A stretch of 63,769 bases of DNA, filler included, from Octopus bimaculoides (GCF_001194135.2; 4 parts of 4 records of this genome joined end to end with filler, not necessarily neighbours in it); one strand, 5' to 3'; counted from the whole stretch's first letter, positions 1 through 11,944 are shown. Notes: generated by a model from the letters alone, not told the origin. A program made the numbers and translations.

Positions 1-39
<39 letters not shown>

Positions 40-45
40 TATATA

Positions 46-177
46 CGACGGGCTTCTTTCAGTTTCCGTGTACCAAATCCACTCGCAAAGCTTTGGTCGG
101 CCCGAGGCTACAGTAGAAGGCACTTGCCCAAGGTGCCACGCAGTGGGACTGAACCTGGAACCATGTGGTTGGTAGGT
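46..177 (-). mobile_element. SINE fragment, family C head (tRNA-headed, ends ...gaaagaagcccgtcg before a (TA/CA)n tract)
   Basis: cgacgggcttctttcagtttccg...cacttgcccaaggtgccacgcagtgggactgaacc recurs at about 13200, 28160, 33305, 36715, 46309 and 60207. Confidence 0.8.
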
Positions 178-701
178 TAAGATTTATTCACAAATGCGTA
201 CAGTTAATTATGTCAGACAAGAGACGCACAAACATGTCTGCATTTCCTTAAATATCCGCATATATGCAACGGACAGTGAATGGATTGCATCCAACAGCAG
301 CTAATGAGTTCATAAGCGCAAGGAGAGCCGTGTGGGTAAGCTTGCTTTGCAACCACATGGTTTCTAATCCGTGCCTACTGCGTGGCACTATGGGCTAGCG
401 CCTTGTACTGTTGTACCGGGCCTTTTGAATGAATTTAGTCGACGGGAACAGTTTGGGAGCCCATCGTGTGTGTATATGTAACAAAAAACAGATGAACGGG
501 TTATCTGGCGTTGCTACAGATGCTTCATTAGAAGTCTTTATAGTAGCATTAGCAGAGATACCCGGCCTTGCTCGGGATTAAAACGGCATAGTTTTTTATT
601 GTTTTACTTGTTTCAGTCATGTGACTGTGACCATGCTGGAGCTCCACCGTTGATCGAACAAATTCACCAAATGGGGTTAGTAGCCAGCGCTCTTAACCAC
701 A

Positions 702-921
702 GGCATATGGCATAGTAGTTACGAGTGCTACTAACTCCAAGATTCCAAGTTCGATTCCAGGCAGTAACCTGAATAATAATAATATCGAAAAATACCTTAG
801 GAATGAGAACCCAGGTTTGAAATTTCCCCAAGACACCTGATGAAGGCTGGAGAGTATATCAGACGAAACGTTGTGTTAACAACAAACAAGATGAGGACAA
901 ATATCCGTCAAATGTAAATAA
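702..921 (+). mobile_element. tRNA-headed SINE-like element carrying a minimal hammerhead motif, copy 1
   Basis: A-box-like tggcatagtag and B-box-like aagttcgattcc, then an (AAT)n linker and the hammerhead module. Clearly homologous to 20797-20979. Confidence 0.7.
832..877 (+). ncRNA. Minimal type-I hammerhead ribozyme motif (Penelope/retrozyme-like)
   Basis: GACAC-CUGAUGA-A-GGCUG(10 nt)CAGAC-GAAA-CGUU-GUGUU. Stem I is GACAC/GUGUU, stem II has one mismatch, stem III is palindromic ACGU, and the cleavage triplet is GUU. Confidence 0.6.
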
Positions 922-3039
922 TACTTATAACTAATATATTATTTTTAAACATCCAAGGGAAATAACCCATTCGCTCCTGAAAGAGATCCTTATATATAGC
1001 CAAGGGAAATAACCCATTCATGTTCGTAAATTATATCGTGTAAATCAAATTGAGTATACTTATTTCTTAGTATTTGAACTATTTGAGTTATTTTTGCAAT
1101 TTATCCAGTACAACCCTTAGACAAGTAAGTAATATTTTCCTAACAATAGATCCACTTATTTCGGTTAATGACTTATTCACGAATATACCAACACTAGCGC
1201 CACTGAAGGTAATATTCTCTGGGAATGCACAAAAGCCCTTTTCAGAGTTATTTACTTTGAATTGTTATTATCTCATATCTGATTAGCCTGTTATTACGTA
1301 ACAGGCTTCACGATTTTAGTATACATACCTTATTAGTATTTCCTCCTGAGTTCTGTATACTCTGGGAATGAATTAAAGCTCTTTTCGGGGCTACTTTATT
1401 TGAATTCTTAGTATCGGGTGATTAATTTCATTTTATTATATAACAGACTTCACAATTTGAGTATTCATAACTTACAGGGAATTCCTAAAAACAAGATCCT
1501 GTGTAAGACAGTAAATGCACAGAAACCATTTTAAGGGCTACATACTTTGCATTGTTGTTACTGCATTAGCGAAACAATTATAAGAACGGAACCAAGGGAT
1601 AAGCCCCACTTTCCCGGGAATGACTGAAATAAATGAGAGGTACATAGTTGATTAACAAAATATATTAACGATCACCTACACATACATACATACGTACATA
1701 CATACATACATACATACATACATACATCAACATCATTCAACATCTATTTTCTGTGCTGGCATGGTTAGTACATATTCGCATACACACATAATTACATAAT
1801 TTCCTTTGAAACACAAATCTCAAATGAAAAGTAATTAAATATAACAGATGATATTACGAATTTAATAGGTTTTCTCATCGACACACATCTATACACGCAT
1901 ACACACACGGCTGGGGTCACAAACGAAAGAGTATCCATTTCAGAGTAGATTTTATTCATTTGGAAACAAATGATTTACTCCGTTGTTCACCTGCGTTTGT
2001 TCCCAATGCGTTACTGTTCAAGCGACATGAAGATGAATTGAGGAACATTACGTAGGCTAAACGGGAACACTCATTAAAATGATCTTCACTGATCAATAGG
2101 TTTCACATTGGAAGCTAAATGTATCCTACAGATGCTTTTGATACATGAGAGCAGATTACTGCTTTGATGAGGTAAGACAAGTGCAACTGGTGAGCTTTAT
2201 CAAGAGAATTTGACATATTTCGATTTTTAAACTGCAAATAAATGAAAAATATTTTCGCCATGACGGCAAAACTATACAATCTTGGATCTCCTATTCAATG
2301 AATCTCCTATTCAATGAATCTCCTATTCAATAATGTGCCAGAATATGTAATTTCTCGGATAAACATAAAGTGCAAATTGCGTATTCATACTCATAATGTT
2401 TAAAAGAGTTCTGTCTACGATATTCCATTTACTGTGAGCATTTTCGATACTGTTGTTTCTTAATTTTCAGACATGTTGAGATGAAAAGGTGGAATTAGCT
2501 CTACCTCTGGATTTAAATGAACGATGTACTTGTCGTTTCTAGTCTTAAAAAGTGTACTTTAAATACCAGTCGTAATTTCTCTCAGCACCATCAGCAGGTA
2601 TGAAATATAGATTATGAAGTAAGTCCGAAAAGCAATGCTATCAAGGCATCTATAACTCTCTTCTACGTTCTTTGTACAGAAAGAGATTATACTTATGCAT
2701 ATAAGCGTTTTATTTTAAGCAACTGGAATGCGGTCAAATTGACGGCTGATTTGTAAACTTGCATTTCATCCCACGATTTGCTTTAAATACATTGAATGAA
2801 AATAAGATCTTCAATGGTTCTCAGTAGACATAATGGATTGTGGCAATTGCTCTTGTTTCATTGTGTTGTTTTTTTATTGGTGGTGGGGGGCTCTTGATCC
2901 CAAGGATTCATTACGTAGATTACCCGGTTTCCATGGAATATGTTACCGAGATGACATCATTACCCGTGAATGGGATGCCATTCCGTTGCAGAGATCAGGA
3001 CCAGCAGTATTGAGGGGTGGGGATAAGTCAATTACATCA

Positions 3040-3170
3040 ACCCTAGTGCTTTTGTTGACCTCGTAAGAATGATGGGCAAAATTGACCTCGGTGGGATTTG
3101 AACTCAGAATGAAAAGAATCGGAACAAATGCTGCTAAGCATTTTGCCCGACGATACTTCCAGCTGACCAA
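3040..3170 (-). mobile_element. SINE family A fragment
   Basis: Reverse complement of the ttctgagttcaaatcc..gaggtcaa..ttgcc module of the ggcggcgagctggcagaatcgttag family. Confidence 0.6.
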
Positions 3171-4442
3171 TTTGTTATTTATATGTTGCGTTTTTTTTTT
3201 TAAATATGAATTCAGTTTTCCTCTTGCGACTCTGAGTCCATAAACTTTTTAGGAATAACAATCCATTTTTTCCTTATAAAATATTACGTTAGTTTCATCC
3301 GAAGTGACAATGTTTGACCTTGATTAAACAGGCTTTATGATATATATTTTGTCTTTTAAACTCAACAGCATCCACACAAACTATGGTGTTTCCTTTTGAA
3401 TTTCTATAGAACATAGATCTCATCATGATGTGTTAGTCTTTCGCCCAAGATTTTCATGTTCAATAATGTCAAAAAGACCCTAATATATTTATGAATATCA
3501 CTTTGTTTCTTGAATTACTTTGCTAAATTGTATTTTCCTATTACAGTGGGTAATTTTCGAAAAACATTTGTCTTAAGTATTCATCTTTCACCTTTTACTT
3601 GTCTAACGAAAATTTCATCCTCGCTATACGTAGGTCTACCATGAACTCGTGGGATTTCCCGCAAATATTAACTTAGATGTGTAATTTGTTTTTATTTATT
3701 TACTTTTTTTTCATCGGGTCGGGAATAATTACTGGTGATGGATATTGTTCTGCCTTAAACAAACCAGTTTATCTAAAGAAATTGAAAGGATAGAAGTTGA
3801 AGTTTTCATTGCCAAGATCGAAAGGATTATATCGACACAATAAACAGTACGTGTCACTGAGAGGACATGATTTTTGCCTCTCTTTAGAAAGAGGACATTT
3901 CAAAACAGGACATTGTTTTATCATCACGACTTCTCAATACAATCGACGGCTCAGCGATAGTTACAAAACAATGGACAGTTTGTCTCTCTTAACAAAATGA
4001 ATTGATGCGAGAATGATTATTGAATAGTTAAATAAAGACGCATTCGATTTAATCAAGTTCCTACAAGTATGACAGACGAAGTCCAATATTTTGAGTGAGC
4101 ATGAATTTCACGTTTCATTGATATCACGAAATTAGTTGAACTGAATTGTATTCGATTTCCTTATTCGATAAAATTATTTTTCCCTTTCTCGTAAACACGA
4201 AGCGTCTATTTACATCACATATCACCACAATGCCTTCATCAAACTCCTGCTCAGTGTTTATCTCGTTGGCCTTCTGAATATCGATGATGTCATTGATTTC
4301 TACGCGTATCAAGAATGAGAAATGTTACGGCAACGATGATCCATTCAGTCGTTTGTCCAGCTTCATGCTTGTCATCAGTTGTTGATCGCTTTTCTTCAAC
4401 AGTAGTATTCAGTTGAGTTTATACCCACCGAAGACTTAGACG

Positions 4443-4448
4443 TCAGTC
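4443..4448 (+). promoter_or_regulatory. Candidate Initiator (TCAGTC) upstream of gene 1
   Basis: TCAGTY Inr-type motif followed by an A-rich 5'UTR-like stretch, about 145 nt before ATG 4590. The motif is short, so support is weak. Confidence 0.3.
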
Positions 4449-4589
4449 GTTTTCAGAGAAGAATAAACCAATTCACAAAGAATACAAAGAAAAAGAAAAA
4501 AAAAAAAACGAAAACAAGGAAGACCAAAGAATAATTATAAGACTACAAGATTTACAGAAGATAAAATATTGTTTTATAAAACTTGTAAA

Positions 4590-4644
4590 ATGAAAGCCTA
4601 TATACTTGGAGTCATAAGTCTTTTGGTTATCTGGACCACTCTGG
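4590..4644 (+). CDS. Gene 1 exon 1: signal peptide MKAYILGVISLLVIWTTL(A)
   Basis: AAAATGA start, hydrophobic core, donor G|gtaagt, phase 1. Confidence 0.85.
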
Positions 4645-5316
4645 GTAAGTTAGTGTTGATACAATTTAATATATTATTCAGTTACAAGACAATATTGTCT
4701 GCTTGTATAAATTATTAAAATTATTATAATCACAACCAACTTATCTAATCATAAATAACTTATTGTATTCTGTCTGTTCCAGTTCATAATTGCAACATAA
4801 TGATTTTGAGGTTTAATTATCTCATATTTATTTGATTTTATGTTTCATTGCAATAACTGACATCTTTTCTTTCTTATTTCTCCAACAAGTGATTAAAGAT
4901 AAAAATTGATGTTTATTAGAAAGTCCAATAGTCATTTTGATGTCTATGATTGATCGATGGCCATGCGTTTTGAAGGAGGTTTAATAGACTGTATTTGAAG
5001 GCATAATAGACTCACAGGTCTATCAAATACATCTCAATTTCAGTCGTGGATGTTCAGGAAAAGAAAACTATTTAGTGCATCAAAACTTGTTGAAGGCCCA
5101 AGTTTGCCTATAGGATCCGTAATGATTTTTGGCATTTTATCGATTCCAGGAAGATTAACGACACAGTCAATCTCTGGATTCTCAATTCTTTAAAACTCTA
5201 AGATCCAGCACAGCATATTTATTCTAGTAATCTCGGAAGACTTGATACAATTAATATTGATTGTGCGCAACACACACGTTGGGTGGTGTCCCGGTTCTAA
5301 CTTTATTCAATAAACT

Positions 5317-5459
5317 CACTAGCGTAGCTGAGATGGGGTGCTGTCCGCCCCGGGCGGCACTTTTGGGTCTGCTGTAGGCAATATGTGTTTTTTGTGGGGT
5401 CCAGGAGCGGCAAAAGAAAGGGCCGTTCCGAGCGGCACACACACAAAGCTACGCTAGTG
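5317..5459. mobile_element. hAT-type MITE (143 bp)
   Basis: TIRs cactagcgtagct/agctacgctagtg with a perfect 8-bp TSD aataaact (5309-5316, 5460-5467). Confidence 0.85.
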
Positions 5460-5899
5460 AATAAACTCCTTGACAAAGTCTGTAGTATCTTTTGTCGTTG
5501 TTTTGCTTTGGTGGTATCTCGTTAGTGTTGGGTAAAATGCAGTTTTTAGTTACGATAGTTTACGCTTTGAGTTCCGATCACACTAACGTCAACTTTACTG
5601 TTTATCCTCCAGGGATCAGTAAAATCAAATGTGCAAAATAAAGATCTTAATGCTTTACACAATATAAGTGACTGTAACCCGACAGTTAAAAAAGAAAATC
5701 TGGCCTAGTGATTATGAAAGAAATTACTATTAAACTGTGAATTTGTGCTTTTTGTGCTAAAACACCGAAAAGATACGAAAAACACCGAAAAGATACGAAA
5801 AGCACCTAAAAAATACCAACAGGCGCAAATTTTATTATATTTAGCTGATAAAATTCTATTTAATCTGTTCAGTACTTGGTAGCAAATAAGTAGGAGTCT

Positions 5900-6030
5900 G
5901 CTGGTTACTACGACAAGGGTTTCAGTTGATCCGACCAATGGAATAGCTTGCTCGTGAAATTAACGTGAAGTGGTTGAGCACTCCACAGACATGTGTACCC
6001 TTAAATAAGTTACTCACGAGATCGTGGTTT
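5900..6030 (-). mobile_element. SINE family D 3' fragment
   Basis: Matches 33830-33920 (gctcgtgaaattaacgtg..gagcactccacagac). Confidence 0.7.
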
Positions 6031-6714
6031 CGATTCCGAACCAGGCTGAGCTTTGTGTTCTTGAGCAATTCATTTCATTTCATTTCACATTCCTGCAGTC
6101 CACTCAGCTGTAAAAGAGTAACCATGCAATGGACTGGTGCCCTGTTGTGGTATCAATCACTTTTACGCAATGGAGACCGGGTTACCGGCTCCTTTTAGTT
6201 CAAGGACTCGAGACAGTTATGCCCAGGGTTTCTTTTGTTGTTGTGATTGTTGTTGTTGTTGTTGTTGCTGTCGTTGTTGATGATGATGATAATGAGGAGG
6301 AGGAATCAATATGTGCGCCAATTTATCTCGGATTCTTTAAATAATACGACCCACCTTTACATGCAGTTTACTTAATGTTCATACCGTCCACGTCATCGTC
6401 TTTTTCTTTCGCCGAACTGCTTAGTTACAGGGACGTAAACCAACCAGCACCGATTGTGAAGCGGTGGAAGTGGAACACACACACACATAAACGCGCGCGC
6501 ACACACGCACACACAAACTCATCCACTCACACACATATGTATATGCCACACCTAGAACCAGCCCTGAGTCGGATCTACTATTTAAATTGGATTTGGTACT
6601 TGTATTTGTCTACAATATCCCGCAAGCACCTGATGCCTTCATGGTTGTTTTACCTCACGAAGAACTCTGTTATTGTGCCTAATCATTTCTGGCGTCCTGT
6701 GTGTTGATGGATTT

Positions 6715-6903
6715 GGTGACCTCACCGGTACTGGTGCCGCTGAAAAAAGTATCCAGTCCGCATTTTAAAGTGGTTGGCGTCAGGAAGGGCATCCAACCAT
6801 AAAAACCATGCCAAAGCGGACAGAGGAGAATTGGGGCAGTCCTGTGGCTTGCCAGCTGATGTCAAACCGTCCAACCCATGCCAGCACGGAAAACGGACTT
6901 TAA

Positions 6904-6978
<75 letters not shown>

Positions 6979-6980
6979 AT
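6715..6980 (+). mobile_element. SINE 3' region with a (GCT)n/(GAT)n tail
   Basis: gtggttggcgtcaggaagggcatcca...gtccaacccatgccagcacggaaaacgga, related to 26925-27080. The tail is about 21 GCT units, then GAT units. Confidence 0.65.
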
Positions 6981-7016
6981 GAAGAGACAGACCGACAAAT
7001 AGATAGACAGATAGAC

Positions 7017-7069
<53 letters not shown>

Positions 7070-7289
7070 TGTATAATATACACATATATGCATTCATACG
7101 TACATATAACGGGATTCCACACTGTTTCCTATTACCAAATTTACAGTCAGGTGATTGATCAGCTACAGTAGAAGACAGTTGCCCAAGGTGCCGTGCAAGG
7201 AGAGTGAACGTCCATTTCTAACCGCATTTTCCCCACCCTCGTACTTCACAACCATCAGTAGCAGTGTGTAGAGTGTGGTCGTCTCAAAG

Positions 7290-7690
7290 AGAAGGTCGGA
7301 TCTCAGCTGCGCAGAATCTCCTTGATTGTGTTGAAGAAGATGAAAACCATTTTGAAAACAGTCATAACAGGTGACGAATCGTGGTTCTATGGCTGTGACC
7401 CCGAAACCAAGACTCAGTCTTTGCAGTGGGAGACCTTAACGTGATTTTCAAGACGTCGAGGAATTCCAAGAGAATGTGACGATGCAGCTGCACACTATCC
7501 CAGAAATGAAGTTCCAGGAATGCTTCCATCAATGGAAACGAAGCTGGATAAAGCGTGTGGCTCCAGAAGAGGATTGCTTCGGAGGAGACTAAATGCCAAA
7601 CTGATATGCGCTTTAGTGTTCTTTCTTATAGCATCAGTTCTGATATTTTTCAATTCAATAAAAAACATCCAATACCATACTCTAAATATT
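7290..7690 (+). mobile_element. Internally deleted mariner transposase relic
   Basis: Translates to LKTVITGDESW (first catalytic Asp motif) and FQECFHQWKRSWIKRVAPEGDCFGGD* (typical mariner C-terminus). Confidence 0.8.
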
Positions 7691-7766
7691 TTCATTTTTT
7701 TTTTCTTTTTTCTGTCATTTCCTTAACCAACCAAATAAATTTTAACTTTCCTGTTTATTTCTACAG

Positions 7767-7812
7767 CCAATGGTGGCACCACAGATGCCACATTCAAGTG
7801 TGATACCATTAA
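7767..7812 (+). CDS. Gene 1 exon 2 (NGGTTDATFKCDTI)
   Basis: Acceptor tttatttctacag, donor AA|gtaagt, phase 1 to 2, open and in frame. Confidence 0.85.
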
Positions 7813-8156
7813 GTAAGTTTGTTTAGCTTTTCTCTTAAATTATTTTATTTCGTTTCATTGTTGGACATGCTGAAGTTTTCACGGACCTGCACGCCCTTTT
7901 GTTCCACACGTGTTAATGATCGATCTTTCTAAAGCCAGCTCGTAAAAATATCCAGTAACTTCTCTCAGTGTCTTTTCCAGCTTCTTCCTTTCAGCTTCCT
8001 AGTTGTCCCCAAATTTCTTAAGGTTTTTTTTCTAGTTGTATGCTGTCCAATAAACTGAGTCTGTTGTGGTGAAGCATTCTAGTGGTCTCTCCTCACTTAA
8101 AGACCTCTATATTTGTGTCACTCTATCTGCAAAAGACACTTTCAACATACTTTTAA

Positions 8157-8375
8157 CCCCTTGCCTGTTCAAAGCATTTTCATAAACGTCCATGATTGTT
8201 TCCAAACTTTTAGTTAGTCTTTGTTTCATATGTTCTCAGTAATATAAAGCCTTCTTTTCATAAGTTCCAACTTATTCTAATGGTTGAAAAAATCGGAAAT
8301 GTGAATCATATATGATGCATGAATGCCAGGTAAATACGTCTTGCGTATCACATGATACACAGGATAGGTAAAGGG
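8157..8375. mobile_element. piggyBac-like MITE
   Basis: ttaa|ccccttgcct ... aggtaaaggg|tcaa ends. Homologous to 51854-52073. Confidence 0.7.
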
Positions 8376-8606
8376 TCAAGGAGAGTTTGACCTGTTTTGT
8401 ATGTTCAGGGTCATACAGCGATATGTATGGATAGGTTCTATGAATGCCAATTGGATTCTGACCATCACTTTTATTGATAGCTGTTTATCTGACACTATAT
8501 ATTTGATTGCACCATAAACAGCCTTGACCTGTCCAATCCTTCAATCAATTTCGCTTATGATTTCTCTATCTGACGATTGATGATTCCCAATATTTAAAAC
8601 AGTTTT

Positions 8607-8775
8607 GGCGACGAGCTGGCAAAATCGTTACTGCACTGGATACCGCATTTCATCCGTTTTTTTTACGTTCTGGGTTCCAATTTTCCTGAGGTCAACTTTT
8701 CTTTAATCCCTCTGATGTTGATAACACACAGTACTGGAGTCAATATAATCGACTTAGCCCCTTCCCTAAAATTGT
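8607..8775 (+). mobile_element. SINE family A copy
   Basis: ggcgacgagctggcaaaatcgtta head and gaggtcaacttt body. Confidence 0.7.
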
Positions 8776-8832
8776 TGGTCAAAATTATAAAGAAAATATT
8801 CAAAACGTTTACTGTTATATTTCATTTAACAG

Positions 8833-8867
8833 GCAGGAAAGGACAAGTAACGAAACAGATGACAGAG
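8833..8867 (+). CDS. Gene 1 exon 3 (KQERTSNETDDR)
   Basis: Acceptor ttcatttaacag, donor GAG|gtaagg, phase 2 to 1. The frame links exons 2 and 4. Confidence 0.75.
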
Positions 8868-9822
8868 GTAAGGAATAATCTTTAATTATTTCATTCATTA
8901 ACATTTTAGCTCATTAAATGTAAATAAAGTTGATTAAGCGAAAATTAAAGGATTTAAAAAAAATCTTTTGTTTGGCTGCACTCTTTGAAATTTTAAAATT
9001 AAGTAAAAAAAAATGTTCAAATTAGGTATATTAATGTAAGTTTTCACACCGAATCTCAGGGGATAATTCACTTGATCCAGAAAATTTTTCATTCTCAAAC
9101 TTGTTTATGGCTTGATCATTTTTACGCAGTCAAAAAAAACAGGATTTTGAAGCTGTCGTTTTGACAGCAATCATAAGACGACAAACCAATAATGTCAACA
9201 TAGCATGATAGCACGTGTTTTAAGCATTTAAATGACTGAAAAAAACGAGTAAACAACACATATTTTGTAATTTAAAGCATTTAATATGTATTTAATGCGA
9301 AGAAAAGAGTAAACAACACATTTATAATCCTGGAAGAATCGATTCCCGTATCCAGTGTGCCAGGAAAACACAGCGTGAGATATCAGTAAACAATATAAAC
9401 TGGATGTGGTTGGACAGGACAGCAACAGACGGGTAACAAGATACACAACAGCTTAGCTTTTTACTATGAAAACGGGCACCAAATACATCTGTAGCTTTCG
9501 ATTGGCTAAAATTACCCCAAATTTGCAAACTTTAAAAGCTAGTGACTATTTATTGAATTTGGACGAAAAGGAATTGCATTTTAATAATTAGCATAGAAAA
9601 CAATATCAATACACCAACTTTGCGTGTGTTTGTGTGAGTTTCTAATTTTATATGAGTTCAGTCATAACTAATTTAATTTAATTATAAATTTTCAATTAAC
9701 TATTTTTGTTTATTTAATTATTGTTTTATTTCAGTTTTTGCTACATAAATATTAAATTCTGGGCAATGCCTATCAAAAACAGAAGCTGCTACTTAATGAA
9801 ATGTTCATCCATATCTTTGCAG

Positions 9823-9901
9823 AATGTTTTTCCATTATGAGTGACTCAATGAAAACGATGGAAGAATTGGTCAAAGGAGAGTATAACTGCTCTTACTTTT
9901 G
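9823..9901 (+). CDS. Gene 1 exon 4 (ECFSIMSDSMKTMEELVKGEYNCSYF)
   Basis: Acceptor atatctttgcag, donor TG|gtaaac, phase 1 to 2. Confidence 0.8.
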
Positions 9902-11419
9902 GTAAACTAATTTCCTTAAACTTGCCATTATCTTCCTCTTTGATGCATGTTTATTAAATTTGGATTCTATTTCAATAAATTTTCAGTTATATTTCAAGAT
10001 ATTTTCAATTTCTCACTTCCTGCTACAAGCAATAAATATTTTTATATCCATGCAATTCAGTAACTTCTATGATTTGCGAAAGTAACGAACAACTTCATAA
10101 TGTGAATGTGCATTTTTATATGAATTAATAATAAACATGTTTTCCTTTCGTGGTTTAAGTTATTAGAAGGGAGTTCATTTTTTTCTTCGTAATACTTGTC
10201 AGGATTAGCAACTTGAATTTGTTATCAAAGAATTCTAAAAGAAAAATGTATAGAATTCACATATTCATTTATCTATTTCAAGTCATGTATTACCATTTCA
10301 TTCTGTTTACAAATCTTCAGTATGATAAACTATGACTTATTAATTAAACGTTTTATGAAATGAGACATTTTATTAAAGATGGGAATAATTACAGCCTGGA
10401 GGAAATTCATAGCATGTTTTGTTTTTTAATAGAATATTTGAGGTAGAATAATTGTTTTGTTTTTTAATAGAATATTAGTTAAGTAATTGAGGTAAACGAG
10501 GGGAAGACCTTGGTGTTAACAAAACAAGATAATAAGTGTTTCCAAATAATTCTACTTTATGAAAGTATCGTAAAGAAGCCAAAAATTTCAGTTCTAACCA
10601 AAAATTCCCAAAAGCCCGTTTTCAGATATAATCTTTGAGATGTAAATATTAGTTTTAAACTACTATATCACTTAATTATGTGGTAAATCACCTTGATGGT
10701 CGTCAGCAATTTAAACGGGGTTTTCTTTTTCGAAAGGTCAATAAATACTTGCCATTACATTTTTAATCAAACAAATATGAACCATTTTGTTGCACAATGC
10801 GTCTCCATCTTTCCTTTAACTTGAAAATACCCTCTTCCCTGAATTGAGGTGGTTTCATGGCAAATAAGTCGAAAGGTAAGCTACTATAAATCGGCACGAA
10901 GTTTCCAGACAACCCAATATATTATATATATATATATTATATATATTATATCTTATATANNNNNNNNNNNNNNNNNNNNNNNNNNNNNNNNNNNNNNNNN
11001 NNNNNNNNNNNNNNNNNNNNNNNNNNNNNNNNNNNNNNNNNNNNNNNNNNNNNNNNNNNNNNNNNNNNNNNNNNNNNNNNNNNNNNNNNNNNNNNNNNNN
11101 NNNNNNNNNNNNNNNNNNNNNNNNNNNNNNNNNNNNNNNNNNNNNNNNNNNNNNNNNNNNNNNNNNNNNNNNNNNNATATATATATATATATATATATAG
11201 CTATGTATGTATGCATATATTATGTAGATAGAGTTATAATCTCCAAGTTGTGTTCTCATGAAGCACATCTGCTTATTCCGGTAGTCCAAAGTTGTAGTGT
11301 ACGTAGATGTTGTAATTGTGTGTGGCATACATAAGAGATGAAGAATAGTGGAAAACATTACCTGCAGATTAATTACATATCAAAACAGGAGAGTGGAAAA
11401 AAAATTTTTGATATTATTT

Positions 11420-11513
11420 ATTCACCATTACACGTGTTTCTAATAGGAGATATCTTACATATCATACGATTTTTTAATTCCTATTAACAAACGAAACACA
11501 TGTAATGGTGAAT
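11420..11513. mobile_element. Small foldback or MITE
   Basis: 21-bp inverted arms attcaccattacacgtgtttc / gaaacacatgtaatggtgaat. Confidence 0.5.
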
Positions 11514-11573
11514 ATATAATAGCGGTGTTCTTGCGACTGATGGTTCAGATTCGGTTGTTCTATTTTATTTCAG

Positions 11574-11659
11574 GTCGGTTTACCTGCCTGGACACAACTG
11601 TAGCTTGCAATATGGATGTGGCAGCTATTTTGAAGTATTCCTGTCTAGCGTCACTTGTG
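11574..11659 (+). CDS. Gene 1 exon 5 (WSVYLPGHNCSLQYGCGSYFEVFLSSVTC)
   Basis: Acceptor tattttatttcag, donor G|gtacgt, phase 2 to 1. Confidence 0.85.
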
Positions 11660-11693
11660 GTACGTAAATAGAAATTACTTTCAAATGAGAAAT

Positions 11694-11944
11694 TATTGGG
11701 TTGGTGCATAATTATTGCAGCTTTTTTTCAACAAATTTTATTCAACAAAAACAATAACAATATTCAACAAAAACATCTTTAAATGACGGTCAGACCGTCT
11801 GCCAAGCAAATGGGAAGCAGTAATTGAAGGAGATGGTGAATATGCTCCGGAATAATCGTTTAAATATGTTTTTGTTGCATGTTGTTATTGTTTTGAATAA
11901 AATTTGTTGAAAAAACCCCACAATAATTATGCACCAACCCAATA
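11694..11944. mobile_element. mariner-derived MITE
   Basis: TA-flanked TIRs ttgggttggtgcataattattg / caataattatgcaccaacccaa, with the internal remnant WEAVIEGDGEYAPE*. Confidence 0.85.

Noticed and set aside
2286-2331. Short tandem duplications (3 x ~17 bp here; 2 x 20 bp at about 5760-5800; ~36 bp at about 10425-10475)
   Set aside because: Ordinary slippage duplications with no unique spacers, so not CRISPR-like.
2471-2597. Possible upstream 5'UTR exon of gene 1 (tttcag ... CAG|gtatga)
   Set aside because: It contains out-of-frame ATGs, and an Inr-like site near 4445 explains the 5' end without it. There is no independent support.
4124-4312. 62-aa minus-strand ORF with protein-like composition
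   Set aside because: No recognisable motif, weak splice signals and no partner exon.
6722-7122. PolyQ/polyA/polyS ORFs, and the many HT/YI/CV/polyN/polyI/polyV ORFs elsewhere in the track
   Set aside because: These are translations of microsatellites or N gaps with no coding evidence.
8837-8867. Alternative acceptor 4 nt into gene 1 exon 3
   Set aside because: It shifts the frame and stops early in exon 4 (TGA at about 9838). The 8833 acceptor gives the coherent protein.
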